A stretch of 64,000 bases of DNA. Origin: an uncultured Candidatus Woesearchaeota archaeon (lineage in GTDB: Archaea > Nanobdellota > Nanobdellia > Woesearchaeales > UBA10107). Within the stretch, counting starts at the first letter, position 1; every line of letters starts with the position of its first letter. Under the pieces are notes generated by a model. The model was not told where the DNA came from. It made no database searches and was given only the letters and a program-made list of their open reading frames with translations. Of the stretch, positions 9,708 to 19,705 are shown piece after piece. The DNA lies in the NCBI GenBank assembly GCA_963835585.1, contig CAWIGF010000001.1, positions 34,184-98,183 on the forward strand, in the 5' to 3' direction. The translations under genes and the position numbers were made by a program.

Positions 9708-9920
9708 TCAGTTCACCTTTTTTGCATTTATGACAATTAGTGTATTTTTTCTGATTTCGAATAGTATATAATATTCGCCATCTTCAATCTCATATTTTGT
9801 TCCCTTTTTTCTCGGGTTTTTCGTCTTGAATATGATTTCTACGACTTTACTCCAAGGAACATCAGTGGCATGATGCTCTAAATAGTGTTCGCCTGGTTGT
9901 ATGCCTGTAAAATAAATCAC
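9708..9920 (-). CDS. small putative RelE/BrnT-like toxin
   Basis: 70 aa, upstream of the antitoxin-like gene, ends IVINAK; fold is inferred. Confidence 0.55.
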   Translation of the reverse strand: MIYFTGIQPGEHYLEHHATDVPWSKVVEIIFKTKNPRKKGTKYEIEDGEYYILFEIRKNTLIVINAKKVN

Positions 9921-10014
9921 GTCAACACCGTACTACACTTTTGTAGTACATTATACTATATAAAACTTGTGTTTTTCTTAAGTTGCCAAGTTAATGTCAG
10001 TTTTTTGCAAAAAA

Positions 10015-10184
10015 CCATAAGATATAAAAACTCCAGCACAGTCCATATCATTGAAATAAACCATTTATAGCCTTTGGTGGTTTATACTTATGGGCTGGTT
10101 CCTGCATCCCGCATCATACCATAAGTTTAATGCGGTGGAAAGTAGCACTGGTTTGGATTTATAGCCCGGTTCCCAGTCGTCGCA
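10015..10184. repeat. type B element copy 2 + tRNA-Leu 3'-end copy + type A element copy 2
   Basis: CCATAAG(10015)...CTTATGG(10093), CCTGCATCCCGCA(10101-10113), CCATAAG(10119)...TTTATAG(10164). Confidence 0.9.
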
Positions 10185-10229
10185 TAATTTTTGAACAGTT
10201 GCTTTTTTAGAAATTTCGTTTGTTAAGGA

Positions 10230-10793
10230 TCAAGAAAAAGTAGTTTCTTTTTCTACGACAGAATCAATTGAAGTAACAGGAACTATTTGCGAAGAATTTC
10301 TTTTCTTCTGGTACCATTTATATCCAGATTTAAATCCAGGAATTGCATATTTTCTTGAGATATAAATCACATAATAGCTTACTGCAGCCCAGCCACTGAT
10401 ATCAAAACATATATCTGCGGCATCATGCAAAAAAGTAATTCTTATGGCATCTGGCAAGTGCCGCACATAGTCGAGATTTCCAACAAGTAATTTTACAGCG
10501 GGTTCTACTATATTATCAATAGCATACTCTTCTGCTTTCTCGAAAGCTTTTGTATAACGTGCGCTAAATGCGGCAGGAAGCATACCGACTTTAAGCAAAA
10601 TCGCCGGCAGTCCATGAACTGGACAACCAAGCGCATGGAGCGCATCAACTCGTATGGTTGGTAGACCAAGACGCCTAGCTACACTTCCCACAAGACCGAT
10701 CTTCTTTTTTTGAGCATCATGATTAGTTTCACATGCCGATATGTGTATATGTTTTTCTGCCATCATAAATCGGAAAGAAGACACACGCGACAT
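10230..10793 (-). CDS. hypothetical membrane protein
   Basis: 187-aa ORF with hydrophobic stretches. Confidence 0.55.
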   Translation of the reverse strand: MSRVSSFRFMMAEKHIHISACETNHDAQKKKIGLVGSVARRLGLPTIRVDALHALGCPVHGLPAILLKVGMLPAAFSARYTKAFEKAEEYAIDNIVEPAVKLLVGNLDYVRHLPDAIRITFLHDAADICFDISGWAAVSYYVIYISRKYAIPGFKSGYKWYQKKRNSSQIVPVTSIDSVVEKETTFS

Positions 10794-10919
10794 ACAACGA
10801 AGGAGTCAATCGCCAACATATGTGTCAACTTAAACATTGAAACAAGTTAATAATATTTAATGCTTTTCTTAATAACAAATATGGATATGTTTATAAAAGA
10901 GTTAATAATACAATAAAGC

Positions 10920-11303
10920 ATGACAATCATCAGCATGTCATTAAATGATAAGCTTCTTGCCGAATTGGACAAAATAGAAAACGAAGCAGGATTCTCCGGC
11001 AGAAGCGAGGTAATTCGAGCAGGATTGCGTCTATTGATGCAGGAACGCAAAGAAAAATCCAAGATGAAAGGACGTATAGATGCTGTTTTGCTCGTCATAC
11101 ATCATGACAAATATTCGGAAGAAGTTTCTGCGATACGGCATAAGTACCAATCGCTAATCAAGACACAAGTCCACAACCATGTCGAAAATCATAGGTGTCT
11201 TGAAGTGTTCATTCTCCATGGAGATGCGAATGCAGTACTCAAACTCGAGGAAGAATTCCAAACAAATAGAAAGATGGAACTAGTTAGATTGATAACAGCA
11301 TGA
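10920..11303 (+). CDS. nikR: NikR/CopG family nickel-responsive regulator
   Basis: N-terminal RHH (IISMSL...GRSEVIR) and HNH...CLEVF metal site. Confidence 0.9.
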   Translation: MTIISMSLNDKLLAELDKIENEAGFSGRSEVIRAGLRLLMQERKEKSKMKGRIDAVLLVIHHDKYSEEVSAIRHKYQSLIKTQVHNHVENHRCLEVFILHGDANAVLKLEEEFQTNRKMELVRLITA

Positions 11304-11307
11304 AAAA

Positions 11308-11406
11308 CCACAAGATATAAAAAATCCAAGACAGTCTATAACACTAAAATAAACCATTTATAGCCTTTGGTGGCTTATACTTATGGGCTGGTTCCTGCAT
11401 CCCGCA
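11308..11406. repeat. type B element copy 3 + tRNA-Leu 3'-end copy (distal island boundary)
   Basis: CCACAAG...CTTATGGGCTGGTTCCTGCATCCCGCA. Confidence 0.88.
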
Positions 11407-11620
11407 CTCCTTTTAGATCTTAGTATTACTTTACGAATAAATTGCACAAAATGTAGCGAAACAAAATTTTTCTGAATCCATCAACAATGGTTTTGTTTTC
11501 TTGGAAAAATACCATAAAATCTTGATGCATACGTATTATCCTTACAATATACTCAATAGGGTGTATATTGATAATGCTTATCAACAATAGGGCACTACGT
11601 GCTTTATTGGGGGGAAAACA

Positions 11621-12115
11621 ATGTCACTAAAAGAATACATGCAAAAAAAGAAATCAACATTAACTGCAATCGTTCTCGGGGCGATGATTGCCGGGTGCTC
11701 GCAACAAAACACACCAACCACGCCAGCTCCAGACGGAAACCAATTGGTCGGCGGTGCCGGAACTCCTGCAATCAATGTGAGCTATGTGCCCCCGATCGGA
11801 AATGGCAACAATATTACTGGAAAGGTCAATCATGTAATCCCTAACAAGACAATAATAACCGGGTACATATACGTGCCAGGTGAAAACTGGTGGATAAAAC
11901 CTTACGCCTCACCACCATACTGGACAATAAACCATGACGGTTCATTCAGTTTCCCTTATGATACAGGAGGAATTGATCAAGAAGCGACGACAATCGAACT
12001 TTATCTGCTTCCGTTAGCTAACGAATCACAAATACCTATCGTTGAGTATGCAATCAGCCCACCTGATATGAGCGGCGTTGGAACTGAAGCGCAGACAATA
12101 ATAAGCAGACAATAG
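11621..12115 (+). CDS. putative lipoprotein, possibly carbohydrate-associated
   Basis: IAGC lipobox; aromatic-rich beta domain; co-oriented with the GH16 gene. Confidence 0.7.
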   Translation: MSLKEYMQKKKSTLTAIVLGAMIAGCSQQNTPTTPAPDGNQLVGGAGTPAINVSYVPPIGNGNNITGKVNHVIPNKTIITGYIYVPGENWWIKPYASPPYWTINHDGSFSFPYDTGGIDQEATTIELYLLPLANESQIPIVEYAISPPDMSGVGTEAQTIISRQ

Positions 12116-12125
12116 TAGGCAAAAT

Positions 12126-13124
12126 ATGTCAATGCTGAACGGGCTTGAAAGAAAAGTGATAAGAGGGTTGGCAGCCATCGTTCTTGGTTCCGGTCTTGTC
12201 ACTGCAACGATAAATTGCAGCGGCAAACCAACAAGTTTTCCAAATTCAAGCAAGCCAACTGCGACTCAAACAAACACTATCACAAGTACGCACACCGTAA
12301 CGAACACACCCACTGTAACTCCCACACCAATAACAGTTCCTCCTCCCGGATATAGTTTAGTCTGGAGCGATGAATTCGACGGAGCAATAGGAAGCGCACC
12401 GAACGCAAGCAACTGGACATACGACATAGGCAACGGGACCAACGGTTGGGGAAACTTTGAGTACGAGAACTACACAAACAGCACAGACAACGCCCAGATA
12501 ATCTCGGATCCTAATGCAACTGATGGAAAAGCACTTGCGATAATCGCGAAAGATACTATGCCCGGAAGTTCCAATTACATCCAAGTGGGAAGGTACACGT
12601 CCGCACGGCTAAAGACGGCAGGGTTGCAACAGTTCCAGTATGGACTTCTCGAAGCAAGGATACAACTGCCATACGGCGATGGGATATGGCCAGCTTTTTG
12701 GACGCTAGGGAATGATTACACTACCGGAACGGTATGGCCTAACTGCGGTGAAATAGATATCATGGAAAATTTTGGAAATGCATCTCAGCAATCGATAAAT
12801 CACGGCTCGATGCACGGACCAGGATATTCAGGAGGCAATGCGCTAACAAGCACATATGCTCTTCCTAATGATCAGGTGTTCCATGATGGTTATCATCTCT
12901 TTGCCGTCCAATGGCAGCAAAATGAAGTCCAGTTTTACGTGGACAACATATTGTATGAAACTCGCACTCCTGCCGATATTGGCTCTAACGCATGGGAATT
13001 CAACGAACCATTTTTCTTGTTGCTTAACACCGCGGTTGGCGGAAGCTGCCCGGGAAGTCCAGACCCTTCAACATCATTTCCGCAGACGATGAAAGTTGAT
13101 TATGTAAGATTTTATCAGAATTGA
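12126..13124 (+). CDS. secreted glycoside hydrolase family 16 (beta-1,3-glucanase/laminarinase-like)
   Basis: WSDEF, YTSARL, WPAFW and catalytic GEIDIME; Thr/Pro linker. Confidence 0.95.
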   Translation: MSMLNGLERKVIRGLAAIVLGSGLVTATINCSGKPTSFPNSSKPTATQTNTITSTHTVTNTPTVTPTPITVPPPGYSLVWSDEFDGAIGSAPNASNWTYDIGNGTNGWGNFEYENYTNSTDNAQIISDPNATDGKALAIIAKDTMPGSSNYIQVGRYTSARLKTAGLQQFQYGLLEARIQLPYGDGIWPAFWTLGNDYTTGTVWPNCGEIDIMENFGNASQQSINHGSMHGPGYSGGNALTSTYALPNDQVFHDGYHLFAVQWQQNEVQFYVDNILYETRTPADIGSNAWEFNEPFFLLLNTAVGGSCPGSPDPSTSFPQTMKVDYVRFYQN

Positions 13125-13147
13125 TTTGCCAATATTATTTTATTACA

Positions 13148-14392
13148 TCACTTTCTAATTCTTGCTGCATTCGCATGAGCTTCAAGTCCCTCAAGCGTTG
13201 CTAATTGCTGCACGATGCCATATAATTCACCAGTGATTGCTTCTTGATTCGTCGCTATCTTCACAAAATTGAAGACGGACAATCCACCAGTGTATCGAGC
13301 GCATCTGTTTGTTGGCAGTACGTGATTTGTTCCGCTCGCGTAATCTCCAAGCGCCGTCGGAGTTTCTCCCAAGAACATAGAGCCATATTCAGTGAATCTC
13401 GGTTTGAGCTCATCGACATCTTCCAGCATGAGTTCCAGATGCTCGGGAGCATATCTGTTCGCTACATATGCTGCTTCACTTATGTTATTTACAAGTATTA
13501 TGTTGCCGTTATCCAAAGATTTTCTTGCTATTTCAGCTGTCTTCGGTCCCTGTAGTTGCTTTTCTAATTCGTCTTGCACTTTTTGTATCAATTTTTCTGA
13601 TGTTGTTATCAAAATGGGTTTTGCGTCTGATGCATGTTCCGCCTGCGCAAGAAGATCTGCCGCTATGTATTTGAAATTCGCTTTCTCATCCGCTATTATT
13701 ATGATTTCGCTTGGTCCTGCGATGAAATCAATACCTACTCTTCCGTACACTTCCTTCTTTGCAAGATTTACGTATTTGTTTCCCGGACCGACGATGAGAC
13801 TAACCGGTTCGATGGATTCGGTTCCGTATGCCATCGCCGCTATGGCCTGTGCACCTCCGACTCTGTATATCGTGTCGATTCCTGCTATTTTTGCTGCGGC
13901 CAATGTCAGAGGATGCACATCTCCATCATGGCTTGGCGGAGAGCATACTACAAGTTTTTTTACGCCAGCGACTTTTGCAGGAATTCCTATCATGAGCGCA
14001 GTGGAAAGCAGGGGATAATTGCCCCCAGGGATATAGCCTCCAACAAAATTAATTGGAGTGATGCTCTGTCCCAGACGAACTCCCTTGTTCTCAATCTCGA
14101 AGCTCTTCAATTGCCGCATCTGTTTTTCAGAAAAAGCCTTTATGTTCGCGGCTGCCGTGTGTATGGCCGTAGATACCCCGGGATCAAGCGTGTTTAAGGC
14201 ATGCGCGATTTCTTTCTCGGAAACCTTGATGTCAGGAAGATCAACATTGTCAAATTGTTTGGTATAATTCCTTACAGCACTGTCTCCATCTTGTCTCACA
14301 TCAGCTATTATTCTCTTGACTAACTCAGATTCTTCAAGTTCCTGGGAATCAAAAAAAGATTCTCTCAGTTCACTACACTTTACAACTTTCAT
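13148..14392 (-). CDS. hisD: histidinol dehydrogenase
   Basis: GGAQAIAAMAYGT, GPGNKYV, AGPSE, QAEH, APEHLEL, GDYASGTNHVLPT. Confidence 0.96.
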   Translation of the reverse strand: MKVVKCSELRESFFDSQELEESELVKRIIADVRQDGDSAVRNYTKQFDNVDLPDIKVSEKEIAHALNTLDPGVSTAIHTAAANIKAFSEKQMRQLKSFEIENKGVRLGQSITPINFVGGYIPGGNYPLLSTALMIGIPAKVAGVKKLVVCSPPSHDGDVHPLTLAAAKIAGIDTIYRVGGAQAIAAMAYGTESIEPVSLIVGPGNKYVNLAKKEVYGRVGIDFIAGPSEIIIIADEKANFKYIAADLLAQAEHASDAKPILITTSEKLIQKVQDELEKQLQGPKTAEIARKSLDNGNIILVNNISEAAYVANRYAPEHLELMLEDVDELKPRFTEYGSMFLGETPTALGDYASGTNHVLPTNRCARYTGGLSVFNFVKIATNQEAITGELYGIVQQLATLEGLEAHANAARIRK

Positions 14393-14641
14393 TTTCCAAG
14401 AACCTCTTTTTTGATGCAATCCAGTACACTAGGTATTTTATAAAGGTATGTCCGATGGAAACACAGTCATCCTATAAGAAATATATAACAAATACTAAAT
14501 ACTTCCAAATCAATACTATCTGTGGGGTGTGTAACATGAAAGAGCTATCGCGTTTCAAGCTTGAAGACTTGAAGAGTGAAGTAGAGCTGATGAAAAAGCA
14601 GATGTACCAGGAAAAGTACGGCAAAACACGAGATAAGAAAA

Positions 14642-14824
14642 TTATTTAGGGACAATCTTTAATTTCTTGCTAAGGCCGTCGCTGAGCCTGACTACGTCGT
14701 ATTTCTTTATTCCCTGGGAATCCGCCCACTTTTTGGCATTTTCCTCAGTCTTGAAAGTCCTCGGTCTCTTGGCCCTGTGCCTTCCCCGATGGACCAGTTG
14801 TGGTTTCTTGTGTCCTATACCCAT
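14642..14824 (-). CDS. small basic hypothetical protein (60 aa)
   Basis: MGIGHKKP...RPRTFKTEENAKKWA...; TATA-like TTTATAAA upstream. Confidence 0.65.
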   Translation of the reverse strand: MGIGHKKPQLVHRGRHRAKRPRTFKTEENAKKWADSQGIKKYDVVRLSDGLSKKLKIVPK

Positions 14825-14905
14825 ATCTGTTCTAGAAAATAGGCCATTTATAAAGGTTGTCATTGACAAAAATTTATAAGAAAGCATGTAAAAGCAGTCC
14901 TGAAA

Positions 14906-15241
14906 TTGGAAGATTACACAAAAACGCAAACAAAGGAAGTAAGATACAGAAATATTCCGCTTCCCGTTGGAAAAGTTCCCCGCAATCTTGGATTTGCAAA
15001 AGCATACATCGACAATGTAGTTCCAAAGCTTTATTCAGTTTTCAGAACAAGAAATTTGAATAAAATACGGCTGGTTGCAAGAAAAATCGCATACTCCGAT
15101 GTCGACCTGGTTGCGCGAGCTAGCGAAGAACCTGATGCTTCATACCTTGAAGGAATATTAAGAATGAAGCCGCCCACGGCAAAACGCCTTGGAAAGATTC
15201 TTGTAAAGAATTACCATGTCCACTTCAAAGAAGCCAAATAA
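14906..15241 (+). CDS. hypothetical protein
   Basis: 111-aa ORF filling the gap between two genes; TTG start uncertain. Confidence 0.5.
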   Translation: MEDYTKTQTKEVRYRNIPLPVGKVPRNLGFAKAYIDNVVPKLYSVFRTRNLNKIRLVARKIAYSDVDLVARASEEPDASYLEGILRMKPPTAKRLGKILVKNYHVHFKEAK

Positions 15242-15242
15242 A

Positions 15243-15971
15243 TTACTTCAGTTTGTTTATCCTTCCAAAATAATATACATCCTTGTTTTCTACAATGAAT
15301 ATCTCGAAGTTCTGCATTTTCAGCAAAGGACTTAGGAAATTTCCCTGCAATACATCAGTTCCCTCAGTCAACAGATTCATCGATGGAATGACTATCAAAG
15401 TGCGTCCCTTGTACTTTCCTTTCAGGAAACATTTGAATTTCTCCGCCTTCCTTTCTTCGCGCAATGTTATCGCGGGATGCTCATGCCCCATTATTATCGT
15501 CTTTATCTTTTTAGGCATCTCGGGAACATGATCGCCGTGCACGAACAATATGTCTCCTGAAGAATATTCTTTCACAATCTCTAAATTTCTTTTCTTCGCA
15601 ACAGGACCGAGCATAGGATCGTGATTGCCCTTCAACATGATTATTTTTTCGCAGTGCTGCGAGAGATAATCAAAGAATCTTAGCAAATCCCTCCACTCCT
15701 GTTCTGATATCCTTCCGAATTCGTGCTTTAGATCTCCAGTAATCAGTATTGTCTCAGGCTTCACCTTGGAGAATATGAAATCGAAGTGCTCCAGGAGATC
15801 CTTCAGATGAAATTTTGGGACTAATGTGCCCCTCTTCTGATGTTCTTCCTCTATTCCAAGATGTATATCAGAAATCACAAGCAGCTTCTGCCGTCTTAGA
15901 TAGAGCGAAAGGTCGACTATTTCTATGCCTTTTATTATTTCCATTGCAATATTCATGTCACTTTTATGCAT
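15243..15971 (-). CDS. metallophosphoesterase (Lhr-associated/ICC type)
   Basis: SDIHLG, GDLKH, GNHD, HGD and GHEHP motifs. Confidence 0.92.
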   Translation of the reverse strand: MHKSDMNIAMEIIKGIEIVDLSLYLRRQKLLVISDIHLGIEEEHQKRGTLVPKFHLKDLLEHFDFIFSKVKPETILITGDLKHEFGRISEQEWRDLLRFFDYLSQHCEKIIMLKGNHDPMLGPVAKKRNLEIVKEYSSGDILFVHGDHVPEMPKKIKTIIMGHEHPAITLREERKAEKFKCFLKGKYKGRTLIVIPSMNLLTEGTDVLQGNFLSPLLKMQNFEIFIVENKDVYYFGRINKLK

Positions 15972-16033
15972 TTAAAGGCTATGCTTTTATTCAAAGGTAA
16001 GCTTTATAAAATGACCAATTATTCGCTGTCCAA

Positions 16034-17530
16034 ATGACAGGAATCACATACTATAGCACAAACGACAAATCGAAAAGGGTCAATTTCAAGACAGCCTTAC
16101 TTACAGGACAGCCGGATGATTATGGCCTTTACATGATTCCAAGATCAGAAATTCCAAAAATCCCTATTGAAAAAATACAAGAAATGCCCAATAAAACGTA
16201 TGCCCAGATTGCATTTGATGTTTTAAATCCTTATCTTCAATCAGAAATTTCTCGAAAAGATCTGCGTGAGTTGCTCAGGGATGCATACAGTAGAACCATC
16301 ATTCCGACGTACATCCGAAAGATTGATTACAAGACGAATGTCATGTGGCTTTCGCAAGGTCCGACATACTCATTCAAGGATTACGCAGCACGGTTCTTCG
16401 GAAGAGCGCTAAATTATTTCTTAGAAAAGGAAGACAAAAAAAAGACTGTTTTAGTGGCGACAAGCGGAGATACAGGAGGAGCAGTTGCCGATGCGCTTTG
16501 TGGCTTGCCCAGTGTAGATAATATAATTTTCTTTCCAAAAGATTTGATAAGTCCTGGTCAAAGAAGACAGATGACTACCTTACGCAAAAATATATATGCA
16601 TTTGAAGTCAATGGTAATTTCGACGTCTGCCAGGCTCTCGTCAAGAATCTTCTTGGGGACAGAGAATTTGCAAGAAATACATTTGGAGATTATGACAGGA
16701 TAACTTCCGCGAATTCCATAAGTCTTGGAAGGCTGCTTCCACAGGCAGTATACTCTTTCTTTGCATATTCACGGGTTTCAAAAGGAGATCCCATATTAGT
16801 TAGCATACCATCTGGAAATTTTGGCGACATGATGGGAACGGTCATAGCAAAAGAAATGGGGTTGCCAGTAGAAAAGATTGTCTGTGGTGTAAATGAGAAC
16901 ACGGAATTTCCTGAATTCCTCAAGACATGAAAATATGAAGTTAGACCTTCAAAAAAATCTCCTTCATCAGCAATGATTGTCGCTCATCCTAGCAATTTAG
17001 CGAGACTGATTGATTTCTACGGCGGACACATGTTTGACAAAATACATCCAGTTACAAAAAAACCTGTGCGAAAGGGTATTATTGACAAGATGCCCAATAT
17101 GAAATCAATGAGAGAAGATATTTTCTCTGTCGGAGTTGACAATAATCAGCACTACAAGACAATGAAAGAAGCGTACTATCAACACAACATCGTCCTTGAC
17201 CCCCACGGAGCAGTCGCATGGCGGGCACTTGAAATATTCAATTCAACAGGGCCCCAAAAGATAAAGAACTTTTACAGATTTCTCAAAGGAGAATATGAAC
17301 GGCATTCAGTGATATATGAAACGGCTCATCCTGGAAAATTTCCAGAGGATATCAAAACAGCTATTGACTTATCTGTTATTATTCCTGAGAGGATGAGGGA
17401 GCAAGCGAAATTAGAAGAAAGATTGTACTCGATCAAAAGCAATCCCCAGGAAACAGAAAACGGATTAGAGCCAAGCGATGAACAAATAAATGAAGTAAAG
17501 AACAAGATAAGAGAGCTAAAATTAAAATAA
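16034..17530 (+). pseudogene. thrC: threonine synthase interrupted by one in-frame TGA (16928-16930)
   Basis: GPTYSFKD, ATSGDTG, NSISLGRL, PSGNFG; both track ORFs are in the same frame: FLKT*KYEVRPS...SAMIVAHPSN. Confidence 0.85.
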
Positions 17531-18220
17531 TTTCTTCAAGATATCTATTGTGAATAAGAACGTCGCATGTGCCTGCTCTTTCGAAGGCTGGAAAGGAGAT
17601 TGCTTTTTATGAACAGAAAATATTCTCACATTATTGATGAGATGAATCTGCTGCGTCAGAGAAGGATCTATCTCTATGCCTGATTCCCTTAATTTGGATA
17701 TTATGTTTCCCAACCCTATTCCTGGACTGGTTTCAAGCAGGTCTTTTCCAGTCGCGTCGAAATATTTCCTGTGCAAGGCAGTCTCAAGAACTCTTGCGCA
17801 AAGAATCATCGAAGATCTGAACGCGCCGGCATTGAAACATTTTTCAACTTCCGCAAGATCGAAGAACACATCATCGCGTATTTCAGAGGGAAGGTTCAGC
17901 GATAATGACGCTGATTTTGCGTCCGTCTGCTCTTGTTTCGGGATGGACAAGGCTCCGACAATCCCCAGCATGCCTTTCGAATCCCCTTTGACAAACATGC
18001 TTTCGAGTTCCACCACTTTTTTCTTTATCTCATCATCAGAATCTATTGTAGCTTCCTTTATTTTATTAAGATTGTTCTTGATGATTGTCCTGTAATAATC
18101 GCCCCTCTGATCTTTGTAGTCAAGGACCTTCTTTTTTGCAATGGATGATACTAAAGAAATGTTGTGATTCAATACTGCAATAAGCGCCATTTTCAGGTCT
18201 TCTATCGGATCAAAGCTCAC
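17522..18220 (-). CDS. DUF4145 (HEPN-like) domain protein
   Basis: EVEKCFNAGAFRSSMILCARVLE; RIFSVH = Rx4H. Confidence 0.75.
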   Translation of the reverse strand: MSFDPIEDLKMALIAVLNHNISLVSSIAKKKVLDYKDQRGDYYRTIIKNNLNKIKEATIDSDDEIKKKVVELESMFVKGDSKGMLGIVGALSIPKQEQTDAKSASLSLNLPSEIRDDVFFDLAEVEKCFNAGAFRSSMILCARVLETALHRKYFDATGKDLLETSPGIGLGNIISKLRESGIEIDPSLTQQIHLINNVRIFSVHKKQSPFQPSKEQAHATFLFTIDILKKLF

Positions 18221-18305
18221 GAAACATCATGAAGCAAAGCAGTATTTAAAGGTTATGAAGAGGGCAGGTAACAAAATATTTAAAGAAAGTTACAAGAATA
18301 TATGC

Positions 18306-18992
18306 ATGAAAAGAATATTACTAGTGCTATTGCTTCTTTTGATTCCTTTTGCATATGCCCAGAAGAATCAGAACGATTCCATACTGCAGGCACAGAAGGC
18401 AAATCTTGATTTCCACGCTGCAACGTTCATATCTGAAATGGACAACATAATACAGTTCGCGGCATCAAACAACATAACAACCGATGACCTGAATAAAACC
18501 GAATCAGACTTTGAAACTAATCTTCAAAAAGGACTGGGCAGCCAAACAACAGCTGATCTTGCCGCGATAAATTCAGAAATGAAGACATCCGCGAATGACT
18601 TTGTAAATGAGACAGATATTCTGCTGGGCAGTTATTCGTATGAAATAAACACAGTTGCATTGAAATTCTCCGATAATCAAAATAAAATAATAACTGAAAA
18701 AGAACAAGCTGCGGTATTGGCGGACAAAGGAGTGCTAAAAGATGCATTTGACCAGAAAATACAAGACCTGACTGCAGAAATTAATAGTAACACAGAGAAA
18801 GGCAAGAGCAGCGTCATTGCTAATTATCTTCTTGGAAAGTTCAAGGAGCAGGAACAGAGCATAGATTCTATGAACGTAACAATATCAGGACAGCCGACAG
18901 CAAACTTCATTACGAGCTTATTTTCTGTAATAAGTCAGAAGTTCACGGAAATAAAAGCATATTTTGAGACAAACAAAGTAGGTGCAAAATAA
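18306..18992 (+). CDS. secreted helical hypothetical protein
   Basis: Signal peptide MKRILLVLLLLLIPFAYA. Confidence 0.7.
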   Translation: MKRILLVLLLLLIPFAYAQKNQNDSILQAQKANLDFHAATFISEMDNIIQFAASNNITTDDLNKTESDFETNLQKGLGSQTTADLAAINSEMKTSANDFVNETDILLGSYSYEINTVALKFSDNQNKIITEKEQAAVLADKGVLKDAFDQKIQDLTAEINSNTEKGKSSVIANYLLGKFKEQEQSIDSMNVTISGQPTANFITSLFSVISQKFTEIKAYFETNKVGAK

Positions 18993-19273
18993 TGAGACGT
19001 AAAATTATTCTCATTGTTGTGTTGGCAATCCTTGTTAGTGCGTGTACAACTGTCGATCTGAGCAAAGTGAAAAGCATTGAAACAATTGCTGCAAATGACA
19101 CTGGAAAAGTCATATCACAAGTGCAGAATAGTTCTATTGTAAATACAACCCAAACAATAGTATCCAATGTTGAAACTGACGTAAATCAGGGATCAAACTA
19201 CGATACGCCAAGCATAGTGACCAGCAGGATACTGAATGAAGTTGACACAGGAAGCTTCGGTGACATAAAATAA
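18992..19273 (+). CDS. small lipoprotein
   Basis: VSAC lipobox. Confidence 0.7.
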   Translation: MRRKIILIVVLAILVSACTTVDLSKVKSIETIAANDTGKVISQVQNSSIVNTTQTIVSNVETDVNQGSNYDTPSIVTSRILNEVDTGSFGDIK

Positions 19274-19705
19274 ATGGATCACATCGCAATAATGAAGAAG
19301 TCGTGGGGGCTTACCGAAAAGATTCTTTCCGGGAAAAAGAAAGTAGAATCTCGATGGTATAAATTCAAACATGCTCCTTGGGATAAAATCAAGAAGAATG
19401 AAACCATTTACTTTAAGGATTCTGGAGAGCCAATCACAATAAAGGCAAAAGTTGAAAAAGTCATCCAAATTCCAAACTTGACCAAGAATAAAGTCAATGA
19501 AATTTTATTGAGATATGGGGAAAATGATGGACTCACGCAAGATCAGCTTCCTAAATTCTTCGAGATTTTCAAGGACAAGAGATATTGCATGCTTATTTTC
19601 CTCAAGAATCCGCAAAAAATAAAGTTATTTACAATCAATAAGAAAGGGTATGGCATTATGAGCGCATGGATCTCAGTAGACAACATCAAAAAAATAATCA
19701 ATTAA
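19274..19705 (+). CDS. ASCH/PUA-like domain protein
   Basis: ILSGKKKVESR = GxKxxExR ASCH motif. Confidence 0.8.
   Translation: MDHIAIMKKSWGLTEKILSGKKKVESRWYKFKHAPWDKIKKNETIYFKDSGEPITIKAKVEKVIQIPNLTKNKVNEILLRYGENDGLTQDQLPKFFEIFKDKRYCMLIFLKNPQKIKLFTINKKGYGIMSAWISVDNIKKIIN

Noticed and set aside
9266..11406. Repeats as a CRISPR array
   Set aside because: Units are 46-79 bp and separated by whole genes, not by 30-40-nt spacers; no cas genes are in the window
13244..14267. Many antisense ORFs over hisD, lhr, thermosome, ftsZ and other genes
   Set aside because: They fully overlap well-supported genes on the opposite strand and show no motifs
16928..16930. Genome-wide UGA recoding or selenocysteine
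   Set aside because: TGA terminates many genes here (e.g. gltX, nikR, GH16); the position corresponds to Gly rather than Cys, and no SECIS was recognised
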